A DNA stretch of 64,000 nucleotides from the human T2T-CHM13v2.0 reference genome, Homo sapiens. Below are positions 34,061 through 49,602 of this stretch, piece by piece (positions within the stretch are counted from its first letter, which is position 1; each line of letters begins with the position of its first letter). Made by a program: the position numbers and the translations under genes. The stretch is from NCBI RefSeq assembly GCF_009914755.1, contig NC_060930.1; one strand, written 5' to 3'. The notes beneath the pieces are model-generated. The model did no database searches. It worked only from the letters and a program-made list of their open reading frames with translations, and was not told where the DNA came from.

Positions 34061-34664
34061 ACAACTCCTAATATTTAAGTGATTTTAAGAACACTTTTTA
34101 AGTTTATGGCAGCTTTATTCTTTACCTTTTTCTTTTGTTTAGCTTTGCTTCTATATTTAGGTGGACTCTATTCACTCTCAGTTGTGTCGTATAAGGACTT
34201 CTCAATTCTTGAATTGTTTTAATTCTTCCTTGGGCTGCCTAATTTTTTATACACAAGTTTCCCCTACCCCAAGGAAAAAATTCTTCATGGTTACTATATT
34301 TTCTAATTTCTTACTTGTATGTTTGAAAATTGTATTAAAAAAACTAAGGATTGGATCCTATCAGTGAGATATTTGAGAATTATATCTGTTCACCTTTTAA
34401 TTTTCACAGTATTGCTTTCTGATTTTGGATGGATATATTAGACAAAGGGGATGGAGAGTAGTGTTGGATTGATACTGAAATGTTTTTAGTTTTGTCTACT
34501 CTGCTTCTAGATGACAGTGTTCAAAAGCTTATAGTTTCAGTTTGGGTCCCTTCCCAAGTTAAGAACACTGTTGATGTTGTTCTTTGCTTATTTTATTTCT
34601 TGTGTTTAGTTCATTGGGTTCAGAGAGATACAGGTTCAGTGATTCTGTATTGTTCTGCCATCTT

Positions 34665-34699
34665 TACACTTGATCTTAGCCAAAAGGCCGAGAAGTGAT
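34665..34699 (-). pseudogene. Tailless, 3'-truncated U2 snRNA retrocopy (U2 nt 1-35)
   Basis: Reverse complement ATCACTTCTCGGCCTTTTGGCTAAGATCAAGTGTA matches the U2 5' end ATCGCTTCTCGGCCTTTTGGCTAAGATCAAGTGTA at 34/35 (one CpG transition). Confidence 0.95.
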
Positions 34700-35731
34700 A
34701 TTCTGCTTTTACTTTGACCAATATTTTCTTTCCCCTAAAGCATTTCCACTCTACTGCCTCCTCAAGTTTACCATTTACATTTAAGTACAGTTGTAATATC
34801 TAGTTGCTATCTTTGCTGTTATCTAGTACAACTCTCATTTTATAGATGAAGGAGCTTAATTGATTATCATTTGCATTAGAAACTGACACACTAATTTTTT
34901 CCCCCTAATTGTCTCAAACAAAAGGGAAACTACTTTTCTTTGCCAGGCTTTTTTCAATAAAGTATTTTTATGTCTAAGCATATTTGTGGTGACTAATTAT
35001 ATTGTTTTTGTATGGATTTTTTGGGGAAGAAAAATGTACATTAAAAGTCTTCTGTTAGTAAGATAATGAAAGATAAATCTTTGTATTTCCAAGGCAAAGC
35101 AAGCATAACTTCTCTTCAAACAGATTGTTCTAGTCAAAGTTGGTTGTTGCAGAAAGCCCATTCATTTTTTTAGTAACAACAGATAAAGAGCTTAACTAAA
35201 GTTGTGATGAAAATACATATACTTATTTGAGAAGACTGGTAATTTTTGAAAAGTCTTAAGATAATCAGTATAAAAGCCAACTTTTTAAGCAAAGAAAGTA
35301 AACTATTAAGTTTATGCAATGATTCATTTTGGATATTTGGAACAGGATATGACATTATTATATAACATAGTTTGTCAGCTTAGACTTATTTTGTAGCACT
35401 TAAGTGATTCAGTGTTTTAAGGGATTTAAAATGTGATCCTTTACAATACACTTTCCCAAAATCAGTGAGGAAAGGAAATTGCTATGTTATGTTCAAATCT
35501 TGTTAAAATCTTATTGCTATAGTTTACAGAAGAGGTATAGTGATTTTAAAAATATTTATGCAGTGCAAATGCTTGCTGTATATGTTTTACAAAGTGAATC
35601 AAAGTTGGAGGGTAGTTATTTAATAGGGGAATATTTGTTGGTTCCTAAGTCATGGTTTCTGAAATAAAGAAAAATAGCAGTATGCAGTAGACCTTTATTT
35701 TATTATCAATCTATTTTGATGTGCTTTTAAT

Positions 35732-35960
35732 AGCACTGGTGATTAAAGTTGCAGAGTCTGGAGCCAGACTGCTAAGTTCAAATCAGTGTTCCACTATTTG
35801 TAATGTTTGGCCTTGGCTTACTTAAGCCCAGGTTCTTCATCTGTAAAGTGGGGCTAATCATGTACTTGCCTTGTAGAATCCTTATAAAGATTGAGTGAAT
35901 TTATGCATGTAAATCTCTTTGATCCTGGCACAGAGAATATGCTCAATAAATGATAGCTAT
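35732..35960 (+). mobile_element. MIR SINE
   Basis: tctggagccagactgc...ttcatctgtaaagtgggg...cctggcacagag..gctcaataaatgatagctat. Confidence 0.85.
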
Positions 35961-38544
35961 GGTTATATTTTTTTAAAGGAGTATGGGTTTATTATTTATG
36001 TGTTTTCTTTGAAGGACTGATAACCTTTGACATGAGGCTTATTGTAGAGTTCTTTTCTTGGTATTAGATCTTGTGCAGTTTGGGAGAGTTTACTACTTAA
36101 TTCAAGCAGTTTGTTTTCAAAATTTATGAGCAGACATTTGGTGGTTTGGAGTGACTACAAGGATGAGGAAGTATAAACAGAGATAGGTAGTCAGTTCTTG
36201 GTAGATACCTTTTTCTTTTTTTAAAAACACTTGAGAAATACTATTTAGAACTGAGACCCATGTAGACAGCCACCACCATACTGTTCATCATTAGCCATAC
36301 CATTCCCCATCATTAGTTAAGGAAATGCATTCGATTTTTAAGTTTTTCCCCCCTTTCTGTGCTGTCTTTTTTTCTCTCCTGAGGATGCTTCTTGTATCTT
36401 TGCTTCTGACTTGAGGGCAGGCCAGGCAGATAATAAGTGTATAGCTGCTGCACCATTTTATATACATGTGAAGGTCCTGCTTTTGATGTAATTGGGTCTC
36501 TGCTTCTCTTCACCTTAATGTTCTTAACAACTTGCTACCACCATGAGCCCCACAAACTCATATGACTTGGTATGATCTCACTGATTAGATCTGATGGTAG
36601 AATTAATTTAAAACCACCCATTTTTACAATTGACGAGAGTAGTGGGAAAAAAAAACTGTGGCATGAACATTGAGAAGCATTTCAAATTCCATGTAGATGG
36701 CATGCTACTCAATTTTTTACATAAGCTTCTGTATTTAATTTTGTATAAGAACAAATGCCTGCGGAGTATATAGAGGCCAAATTTTTGTTTGTTTGAGTTT
36801 ACTATATTCACATCAACAACTGGAATTAGGGTAGGCCATAGAATAGAAATATCCTCTTGGTAATAATGCAGCAAAATTCTGTCTGTAAGGCTTTTATGCT
36901 TTTTGGCACAGGTCATATGATTGTGGTTTAGGAAATATACTCACCTCCTCTCTTCATCTGTTTTCTGAGTCCTAATGTGATTTCCCAGAATACCTAGCAC
37001 ATACAATTCAAAAAGACAATATTTGTCTTTGCTCTGGTTGCAGTAAGATAAAACTCTGAAGAATTCTGGGTTAAGATGTTACAGAAAGTTAATTTCCAGG
37101 AAAAATTACTCTATTGGAGAAGGTATAGCTCTTTCTAAGAGTATTCCATAGATGAGACTGGTATCTGTTTTTGTAACTCTATTCTTACATATTCTATTCC
37201 ACTTCAGCAAACTTCTTTTGAGTAGATTATAAAACTCTTAAATTTTTTACCTGGGTGCTCTTATCTATCAAATATAAAAAAGCCTTTAGAGAAAAATGTA
37301 TTGGTGACTTCAAATAGTTTAGTCAATACGCATCCATTTTGCATTTTTGGTGTTGGTTAGTTGAAGAAGAGTTTCAATGGTGTGTGTTAGTCTTGTGTGG
37401 CTCTCATAGTTACCGCCTGGGCAGTATGTGGAATTCACTAAATGAATTGAAAAGTTCTGAATATCTCTTTAACTTATGACAAATCCCTGAAAATCAGTGC
37501 TTTCTGATGAGTCAAACTATATAGGTAGTATATAAAAAGTCAACATATGCTATACGGGACAGTTTAATAAGCATTTAGAGTATTTGGCTCAAATGTGTTC
37601 TGTGTACTTTAATCCTCTTCTGTGATTTGTAATATTTAGATCCATTTTCCCTATTGGGTTAGGTGGAAATAAGGCATTGACAGTCAATGAATTGCTTTTG
37701 GGTAGAGCTCAACATAAAACAGATTTTGCTGTAGTAAAGATTATAGATTATCATCTTAGAAGAAAATGTAGACTGTTATGTGAAAAAAAATGGCCAGATT
37801 TTGTAAGATTGTAATTGGGAAACTCTGCACCCCTTTGACCAATTTTAACTTATTACTCTTTCTTACTAGCTTAGGCTTAAAACAATAATGCTGTCTGCAA
37901 GATCTGCCTTTCTTGTGATCCCCCCATCCCCAGCCATTAAATTCTAACTAGGATCTATGTTTTCTTCTCTGGAGTTACTTTTGGTGGGTGGTGGAGGGTC
38001 CCACGGATGTGAATAAGTTCACTTTCCCCTACTTCTTTTATTTTGTAATTATTTTACTTCTAAGTTCACCTTTGTTACATTTTTTTCTTCCTTGACTCAC
38101 TGAGTTAGAGTTAGTCTCGTTGTTCAGAAGCCCTCTTCCTTTATAGCTTCTTTTTTTCCAATGCCTCTGTTATATGCAGAACTTACCTTCATTGCCTCAT
38201 AAATATTGGTGTTAGGAGACATCATCCCTCATCTGTCTCATTTTGCAAATAAGCTTCCTGCTAGAAAGTTGGCTAGATGGAAGCAGAGACCTTCACTAAA
38301 ACCTTGATCCTCCTCTGTTTTCCCAGCACATAGTAGGTACTCAAAAATACATGTTGAATGAGAGAAAGGAAATGAGATCCAGAGAGGCTAAGTGAAGTAA
38401 TATATGAGAATATATAACATGTAATGTCATGAATATATGTTATGAAAGTACTAAAAGGCTCCAGAAATGTTAGTTATTTGTTGTTAGTATTAGTGTAATA
38501 GTAAATTACCATTAATAATATTTTAAAACTTATTACTAGATGAT

Positions 38545-39000
38545 ATAGAGATACTTTTCATTGTATGTAACAGAATACCCAATCGATAGTGACTTAAACT
38601 AATGAGGATTCATTTTTACATTTTGAGGGTAGATATCTGCCAACATTGACTTAGCTGCTCTGTAATGGCAGGGCTATTGTTCTGTAATTTTCTTGGCCTT
38701 TCCTTACTTGTTGCAAGATGGCTGCTTCTGCTGTAGGCATCACCTTTCTGTTTGAAGCACCAGGAAAGGGCATGGATCAACAACAGCATCTCTGTTTTAC
38801 CAGGGAACCAAAAGCCTTCCTGGAAGCTGTGTAGTACAACAGTCTTCCCCTTAAGTCTTATGGCCAGACTGTTTCACATGGCCACCTCTATCTGGAAGGA
38901 AGGCTGTGAAAGGGAGTTGGCTTTTCTAGCCTCTACTGTAGACGGGGAAGGGAGAAGGAGTTTGGAAATACATTCTGGGTTTGCTGCAAAATCTACCTCT
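38545..39000 (-). mobile_element. MLT1-type (ERVL-MaLR) solo LTR
   Basis: gtaacagaataccc...gacttaaac, gttgcaagatggctgct, ggccagactgtttcacatggccacctcta. Confidence 0.75.
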
Positions 39001-39499
39001 TCGGCTAGCCCAAATCCGAATATATCCTTCTTATGAATACATTTTATAGAGAATTCAGTCACCATCTCTCCCGGGGAGATGATACCTGTTCTTATACATA
39101 ATTGCATCTACTTCAAAGTCCAGAATGTCTGCTTGATACATAGTTTTCTCCATCAGGTCTAGTTGTAGCTTGTTGTCCTCTGGTGACCTAGAACTAAGAA
39201 GACAAATATATACTTCCAGCACATCAAAAACTACTAGATAAAGGAATGAGATAACTCAAATAAATCTTTTCCTTTAGAAAAGGGGAGAATTAGAAACTCA
39301 AAATAGTCATTGGTCCACAAATATACCATACTCTGTAGGATAAGAATATTGAAGATTTCCTGTTGTGGCAGTGAGTGAAATTCCTTAAACAATCTGCTAT
39401 ACTTATTTATGATCCCTGGGAGGTTTCCCTTGGTCACATCTGACCAGAAAGTATTGATTGGTGTAGCTGTATAATAAGTCAGGTAGACCAGTTCCTTCC

Positions 39500-40365
39500 A
39501 CATTATTCTTTTCTGAATTGTTTTGGCTATTTTAAGGACTTCCCCTTTCCATATAAATTTTAGAATAAGTTTGTTTATGCCTACTGAGAACCTTGCTAGG
39601 ATTTTTGATAGGAATTACGTTAAAGTTGTATATCAATTTGAGAAGAATTGATATCTTTACTATGTTGAGTGTTCCAATCCATGAATTTGATAAGTTCCTC
39701 TGATAATTTGGAGAGACTTTAATTTTTTCAACACAATTTTATAATTTTTAGCATGTAGATCCTGTGTATGTTTTGTTAGCTATACACCTAAGTATTTCAT
39801 TTTCTTTGGCACAAAGAAGTATAATTGGAATGGCATTTGCCTTTTAAAATTTGTTTCATTTGCTGTTAGTATACAAAGGTCATGATTTTTGTTTGTCAAT
39901 CTTAAATTCTGTGACCTTGCAGAAGTCACTTTATTCTAGGAGTTTTTTGTTGTTGTTGTTGTAAATTCCTTGGGATTTTCTAGATAGACAATCATATTAT
40001 CTGTGAAAAGAGACAGTTTTATTTGTTCATTTCCAATCTATATGCATTTTATTTCCTTTTCTTGCTTCATTTTCCTGGCTATAATTTCTTGTACTATGTT
40101 GAGTATGAGTGGTGAGGGTGGTCATCCCTACCTTGTTCCTAATCTTAGGGAGAAAGAATTTGTCTTTCAATGAGTAAGTCTGATGTTACCTCTGGGATTT
40201 TTTGGTAGATGCTCTTTATGTGTTTGAGGTAAATCTTGTCTAGTTCTAGTTTTTTTGAGTGTTTTTACCTTGAATAGGTGTTGGATACTTTGTAGATATT
40301 AAAAATACTATGAAGGGAGACTGGATTATTCTTTTTTAGCTGGAAATAGAGTAGTATGTGAATTA
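39500..40365 (-). mobile_element. L1M ORF2 fragment
   Basis: ttccatataaattttagaat, ttccaatccatgaa, gggattttctagatagacaatcatattatctg. Confidence 0.8.
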
Positions 40366-40849
40366 GAATGATAAAGTCTGACTGTTGTCTCAGGCATACA
40401 ATACTTAAGGCACCAAAGACATTAACTGGCTCTGAATCAACTTCATGTATTTCTCTATTTAGGGAAAGATTTATTAACATAATTACATGTGACTATTCTT
40501 TCTTATTTTGGCTTTTAAAATAGATGTTCCTTTAACATAAACATTTTTAAAAAGCATACTTTGTCAGTATCTTTGTCGGTTCTGCCACTGATATTGTTCC
40601 CATAAAACCAACCCTTATTTTACTTTCAGGGAAAAAAAAAAATACTTCATGTGGTTAAAGAATCATGTTGTATGTTTTATAGTGCCTTCCATGCTCTTGC
40701 AATTTTCCAGTGACAGCTATATATTCTTACATTGCAGAGCAGCCTGCCTCTTTAGTCTTCGTTTCAAAATAAAACCAAAAAGAAGAAAAAATTACAGAAA
40801 TGTTGTTAAGAATAGTACAAAACCCTTTTTTTTTTGTTTTTTGCCTTCT

Positions 40850-41430
40850 GAGTCATTTGATAGTGAGCTGTTTACTTGATGCCCCATCATCCCCAAATAC
40901 TTTATTGTGTGTTTCCTATAAAATTATTCTCCTACGCAACTACGACAAAGCCATCAGCAACAGGGAAATAACACTTAGGCATTACCACCACCTAATCCTC
41001 AGACTTCATTCATCTTATTCCCTTAATGTCCTTTATGGCAAAAGAAAGGATTCCCTTTGAAATGTCTCTTTAAGATTTCTTTAATCTGGACTAGTTTCTC
41101 TCTCTTTACTTGCCTTTATATCTTTGACATTTTTTGAAGAGTACAGGCCAGTTACTTGAGTGATTGTGTCTTGATTTGGCTTTCTCTGATGTTTTCTCAT
41201 GAGTAGGTTCAAGTTATACATCTTTGGCAGGAAGATCTTCAGAAATGATGCTTTTTTTCTCTCTCAGTGCATCTTATCAAGTAACACCTGACTTTGATTT
41301 GTCCTATTATTGGTGATGTTAACTTTGATCAGTTGATTAAGGTGGTGTCTGCCAGGTTTCTCCACTGTAAGGTTATTTTTTCCTCTTCGCAGTTAAATGT
41401 ATTTTGTGAGGAGGTTCTTTGAGGCTATGT
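40850..41430 (-). mobile_element. L1MC4/5-type 3' fragment
   Basis: ggtgatgttaactttgatcagttgattaaggtggtgtctgccaggtttctccactgtaa. Confidence 0.75.
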
Positions 41431-41499
41431 AAATTTCCCCTTCCTCTTCAAACTTTCACCCCTCTTGAATTCCTGTGCTCTGCACCTTGCTGTCCCTCT

Positions 41500-42310
<811 letters not shown>

Positions 42311-42759
42311 TCCTAAGGCTGCTCTCTGCCTTCCCCCAGCTCAGCCACCTGCTTTTATCAGTCCCACCTATTGTCTTTATGCTGAATTTGTCTAGAAGGG
42401 TAGGGAGGTAAAAGGAACTGCAGTCCCTCTTGGTATTCTTAATCAGCCCCCTGTTGTTTGCTTTTTCACCTTTTTTTTTTCTACCTTTTCATGAAGAGTG
42501 GTTAGAGATAATTTATAACATTTGAAATGTAAAATTATTTTCTTAGAAAAAACCAGGTGACTATAATCCTTTGAATAAATGTGCAAAGCCTGATGATTTT
42601 GGATATTTTCAAAGAAATAATCCCTGAATATTGGAGTGAAGACATCCCATATCACAGTACCTAATGTCAGATGGCAAATAGCTAGCATGGAATCAGCTTG
42701 CTTCAGTTCAGCCTGTAGAGCCAAAGATCCATCCTGGCACTGCCTTCTGGTTTCCAGCT

Positions 42760-42920
42760 TAAGACACCTCTTTGCAAGTCACAACATCTCTTTCTATTTC
42801 TGTTTCCGCATCCATAAGATGGGGGTTATAAATACTTAGGTCATGGGGTTGTTGGGGAGCTCAGATGAGATAATGCATTTGAAAATGCAAGTGGGAAAAT
42901 GCTATGCAAATGTGGTTATT
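42760..42920 (+). mobile_element. MIR SINE fragment
   Basis: tttccgcatccataagatgggg...gggttgttggggagctcagatgagataatgcatttgaaa. Confidence 0.7.
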
Positions 42921-44029
42921 TAGTTCTAATTTATTACCTAGTCAAAATTGAAATGTATAGGAAATTAAGTCAAGCATTTTAATTGCACTTGTGATTTGTA
43001 GGCAAATTCCCTCTGAGTCATAAGGCAGATAAAAGGTCGGCATGGTTTTGTTTTTGCTGCCACTTTTAAGTCCATTGTGTTGTCACTATTACTCAACCAG
43101 GTAAACACTCCTCTTTTGAAGTTCTGCCCACCTGTTACGCCTCTGTGACATACTGCCACCTTCTAGATGATTTTTACCTCTGGTGTACAACTGTCCTCCC
43201 TACCCCAGTGCCTGTTTTCTGTCATCTTTGGTGACATCAGCTTCATTGGCCTTAACATGAGTTCTTTCATGCATCTACAATAGCTTGTGGCACAGTTCTG
43301 CTTGCATATATCACTGGTTAGGGATCTCAAAGTGAACATGTCTAATGATCAAGTTACACTCTTCTCCCCTGACCTGCTCCTCCCTAGAGCTTCCATTTAT
43401 GTTACTGGTGTCACTCTTTGTATTAGCCTTGTAGATTGGAAACTTTTAACTCTTCCCTCTGTCATCTCCCATGTCTAGTCAGTCAGTAAGTTCTTTTATT
43501 TTTGCAACCATCTCTTCTCCACTTGAGCATCTATTTCCCCATAATTAATGGTGTATTCCTTTAAATCTAATCTCTGAACTCTTAAAATAGCCTTCTTCAA
43601 GGCAAATGTTAGAACCTCAGCTTGCCAGGTCCCAGACTGGTCCTCTGCTGAATAATTGGATGAAAAAGACCATGGGGCCTAAGTCACTTCTCTGAGTCAG
43701 CCCTTCCGGATGAACCAGTCAGATGTTACAGGACATGTCTCCAGAGACCTGTAAAAACCTCTAGATGGTAGGGTTCAGGCTTGGGGAAGAAGACTTACCA
43801 TGTTAGGCCCAAACTCGTGCCTGGAAGCATCTAGAATCTGAAAGGACCTGTTCTGTATAGCATGAATTCCAGTATCTAAATATAGCAACTGTAAACATTT
43901 TGGTGCATTTTCTTTTATTTTTTCTTTTGCATGTCTATAATTATACTGTATGTGTTCATTCATCACATCTGTTAAATGAAAACATTTTAATGATATTTTA
44001 GTAAGTGCATTTTTAAAATTGGTGTGTAA

Positions 44030-44430
44030 CACGGATGCCCCTTGACTTAGGATGGGGTTACATCCTGGCAAAGTGAAAATTCATATGTTGGAAATGTGCT
44101 TAATACACCCAACCTACTGAACATCATAGCTTAGCCCATCCTCTCTTAAATGTGCTTGTACACTTAAATTAGCCTATAATTGGGCAAAATCATCTGGCAA
44201 AACAGTCCACTGTAGATTATTAGTTGTTTACCTTCTTGATCGTGTGGCTGACTGGGAGCAGTGGTTCATTGCCCAGCATCTCGAGAGAGCGTTGTAGTGC
44301 ATATCACTGGCCTGAAAAAGATGAAAATTCAAAATTTGACACATGGGCTCTACTGAATGTATATTACTTTTGCACCATTGTAAGGTTGAAAAATTATAAG
44401 TCGAATCATTGTAAGTTGGAGACCATCTTT
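44030..44430 (+). mobile_element. MER47B-like TcMar-Tigger DNA transposon
   Basis: ttgacttaggatggggttacatcc...aacatcatagcttagcc...gtaagttggagaccatc with degenerate TIRs. Confidence 0.85.
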
Positions 44431-45020
44431 GCTTCAGAGAATGAAAGATTGCTATCCATGTTTCTGTTAGAACAAGAAGATCCCTTCCAAGAAATACCAG
44501 ACACTCTGTCAGAGCTTAACCCCAGCTTCTGCTGAGAGTGTTTGTTTAGTGTTAATTTTTGATTGCTGACAACTAGTCTGTTTTTCTCCTACCTCGGTCA
44601 TGATGCCTACTCATTAAGTTACCTTTCTGCTTTCTTGGTCTCGCTTATTTGTTCATTCATGTATTTATTCTTTTATTATTCATTCTCCAATAATAATAGC
44701 ATAGTCTCTTCTATCTCCTGAGTTTGGCTCTGAAGACTTAAAGATTGCTTAGTTCATCGAGGGACTATTTATTTTTGAATCGTTGCCAGGATGTACCACG
44801 GGCCCATCTGTGGGCACATAGAAAGCAGTGCCTTCCTTTCTGAAGAGAGTAGAGAAAGCTTCCTGGGGGAGGTGACGTGTACACTGCTCTATGAAAGATG
44901 AGTAGCAGGAGTTGGTTAGGGCAGACAGGTGGAAGATACATTTAGGCAGTGGGCACAGAAATGAGAACAGTGGTGATGGTGTGGCTCCAGCTTACCTCTA
45001 GGTTTTTGTTTTTGTTTTTG

Positions 45021-45860
45021 TTTTTTAACAGCTTTATTGAGATAATAATTCCTATGCCATGAAATTCACTCATTTGAAATACACAGTTTTCATAGAGTCA
45101 ATTTAAAACATTTTCAATACCACACAAAGACACTCCACATCCTTTAGCTGAGCCCACTCAGTCCTCCTATCCCTCTCAGCCCTAGGCAATCACCAGTCTA
45201 CTTTCTGTGCTGTGGATTTGTCTCTTCTGGACATGCGTTTGAGGTAGAATCAGACAACCTATGTTCTTTTGTGCCTGACCTCTTTCACTTACATAATGTT
45301 TTCAAGATTCGCCTATGTTGTGTGTATCAGCACTTCATTTCTTTTGATTGCTGAATAATATTCCATTGCATAAATATACCACATTTTATTTATCCATTTA
45401 TCACTTGATGGACATTGGGTTGTTTCTGCTTTTTGGCTATTAGGAATAATGCTGTTATTAACATTGATGTACAAGTTTTTATGTGAACACGTTTTCATTT
45501 TTCTGGGGTATATACTTAGGAGAGGAATTGCTAGATTATATGTTAACTCTCTGTTTAACAATTTGAGGAATTGCCAGATTATTTTCCAAAGCAGCCAAAC
45601 CATTTTACATTTTGATTAGGAGCATATGAGGGTTCCAGTTCACGTCCTTGCCAACAGTTACTACTTTTAAAAAAGTATAGCCATCCTAGTAGATGTGAAG
45701 TGCTATCTCATTGTGGTTTTAATTTGTATTTCCCCAATGGCTAGTGATGTTGAGCCTCTTTTCATGTGATTGTTGGCTATTTATATGTCTTTGGAGAAAT
45801 GTCTATTCAGATCTCTTGCCCATTTTTAAATTGGATTGTCTTTTTGTTATTGAGTTGTGA
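45021..45860 (-). mobile_element. L1MB-type 3' fragment
   Basis: ttttaacagctttattgagata...cagccctaggcaatcacc; supplied ORF 45313..45603 is an ORF2 C-terminal relic. Confidence 0.88.
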
Positions 45861-46664
45861 TAGTATTTTCTTTTTAATTATGAAATTGGTAGTTGTTTTG
45901 ACCAAGTAAGTTTGCTAGGTCAAAATCTAGAAGTGGTTCTTATATTGGAGATAATATTCTGCAGATTAATCTAAAGATCTCTTTTAAGATGTCTCTTTAA
46001 AATTCTATACTCTAGAATTGGTGCCGATCCTGGAAATGTACCATTCTGAGCAGATGACTTGTGTTATTGATTTGTGCCAAACAACTAAGGGTTGTGTATA
46101 ATCTGAATGGAAAGCAGATGTTTTGGCAGTTTGCTAGTGAGTGGTTTTCTCTTGGTTAGGGCCTGCTCCTTTACTAAATAGAACTATTTTCAGTGTATCA
46201 CTTTTCAAATATTTGAATAAGGAAGGAGATTTTTGGGGGACATACAAATTTATGGATACAATTGAATTTTTTGAACAACTTTATTATTTTATGTGTAGTA
46301 AATTCTCAATAACGACTTATTTTCTTTTTCATCAAAATAAATGTTTAACTAGCTGCAAATAGTATGTATCTTATTGACCCAGTTTTCAATTATGCATATG
46401 TACAGATTATCTATGACTATTAAAACAAACTCTTGCTTTCTAGTTTGTTGCTAGTTCCCTGAATTGCCTTAATGGAAACCATAGGGAGAAAGGAGATTAT
46501 TGCAATGGTCCAGGTGTGACATGATGGCTTATACAAGAGTGGTGGTGGTAGTAGTGATAAGTAGCAGGTGTATTTCACATTATTTTGGAGATAAAATACA
46601 TTGGGAATTGTTGGATTTGCCACGGAAGATGGTGAGGGGAAAGGAATGATTAAACATGATTCCA

Positions 46665-46980
<316 letters not shown>

Positions 46981-47399
46981 GGATGATTCCTAGGGTTCTG
47001 GTTTCACCATTTGGGGAGATGTGCCATTTATGGAACTGTAGAACACTGGAAGAAGTGAGGTTTAGTCATTTGCTTATTAGGTCTCAAATCCAATTCTCTG
47101 ACCCTCTCAGTCCTGTTTTGTATTGCATTTCATAGGTATCCTTACCATTTGGCTTTTGTGAGTAGATCTGGACAATTGGAGGCACTGATGGAAGACTGGA
47201 GGGTAGGAGTAGGGAGAAGGTAGGGTATTTTTCTCCCTCCCTTTTTACTCCGGGTGGTGTCCCAGGAAGTGGCAGTTTCATTCCTGTGGCTTCAGCTGTC
47301 AGGGAGCTCCTTCCTTCCTTTGTAGTCCCTGGTCCCAAAGGGCAACTCCTGCTATTCTAGCCCCTGTCAAATGATCCCAGCTATTGGGCTCTTATAATA

Positions 47400-47627
47400 C
47401 AGGTTGAGTATTTTTTATTCAAATGCTTAGGACCAGAAGTGTTTTTGATTTTGGATTTTTTTTTTCCAGATTTTGGAATATTTGCATTATACACTTACTG
47501 GTTGAGCGTCCCTAATCCAAAGATCCAAAATGTTGAATTTCCTTTGAGCATCCTGCGGTTACTCAAAAAGTTTCAGATTTTGGAGCATTTTGAATTTCAG
47601 AGTTTTGGATTAGGGATACTCAACCTG
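47400..47627. mobile_element. Tigger4a (MER46A-like) MITE
   Basis: Perfect 12-bp TIR caggttgagtat / atactcaacctg flanked by TA on both sides. Confidence 0.92.
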
Positions 47628-47681
47628 TACCACCTCTTCTAGTGGGTCTCCCCAGCCCTTAGGCTGGTAGTAGCTTCCTGC

Positions 47682-48240
47682 TGGGAAAAGGGAGGAAAGA
47701 TTTTCCTCTATCCTCTTAGGGTCTTTGGCTGAGTCTGAAAATCAAATTGCCAAAGACAGATTAACAGAAGAAAAACATTCAAATTTATTTAAGTTTTATG
47801 TGACATGGGAACTTTCACAAGGAAATGAAGACCCAAAGAAACAGGTAAACTTTAGTATTTTTTATAGTAGGTTTGAAGAAGAGTGGAGAGCCATGGAGAA
47901 ATATGGTAGGGTAAAAGAGTGTGATCTAATGGTAGTAAACTGGGGGAAACATAGTAGGACCTGATTTTGCCAGATTCTTCTGTGTCCCCTCGTCTTCAGA
48001 GATAAGGATGTTCCTTTCCTCTGGGTATAGGGAGGGCATGTCTCAGATGAGGGTCTTACAACCTGCTTCAGGGGAAGGTCAGAAATTTTCTTCTAGGTTT
48101 TATGACTTGTTTCAGGGGAGACAAGAGGGACAAGGTCAGAGAGACCTTCCTGCTTCTGCTATTTTTCAGATCTCTTCCATTTAAAATACTCACTATGTCG
48201 AGGTGGTATATTTTGGGGTAGTGTGCTCTGAGCCCCATCA
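47682..48240 (-). mobile_element. ERV1 solo LTR (MER34/MER39-family-like)
   Basis: TG...CA termini with 4-bp TSD ctgc (47678-47681, 48241-48244); aaagacagattaacagaagaaaaaca and tattttggggt motifs. Confidence 0.8.
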
Positions 48241-48615
48241 CTGCTGTTGTTCATTTTGGTGTTCCTTCCCATTCCCTGTTTGGAGTCTTGGATCTTCTAT
48301 TGCCATGTAACCACATTTCTCTGTTAATTTGTATCTGTTTTAATGCTTAGAGTGGTTTCTTTTTTCCTAACTAGAACCTGATGAATACAGGGTGAAAATT
48401 TGAGAGTTCAATTTTGGAAATTATTTGTGTCAAGTTTAGTATTTCTGTGATGCATTCCAGTGATGTTCTTAGGTGAGTTGGATAGTGAGCTCAGATGCGT
48501 GTGTGAACTAGAAGTATAAATTTGGCTATCATCTCAGCCAAATGGTAGTATTTCAAACCATGGGAGGGATGGATGGGATCATCTAGTACACAGAAGAGAA
48601 GGGAATCCAAATCTA

Positions 48616-49072
<457 letters not shown>

Positions 49073-49107
49073 TTATGGTGTCAGTTACCTTGATGAAAGC
49101 AGTTTTA

Positions 49108-49602
<495 letters not shown>

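Larger units (their letters stand above)
47070..48389 (+). mobile_element. ERVL-class LTR (LTR33/LTR16-like), split by Tigger4a and an ERV1 LTR
   Basis: caattggaggcactg..gactggagggtaggag..agggtattt, agcttcctgctgttg and terminal cctgatgaataca. Confidence 0.6.

Noticed and set aside
36555-36600. snoRNA-like TGA/CTGA motifs (atgatctcactgattagatctga)
   Set aside because: No proper RUGAUGA box C at a suitable distance and no terminal stem.
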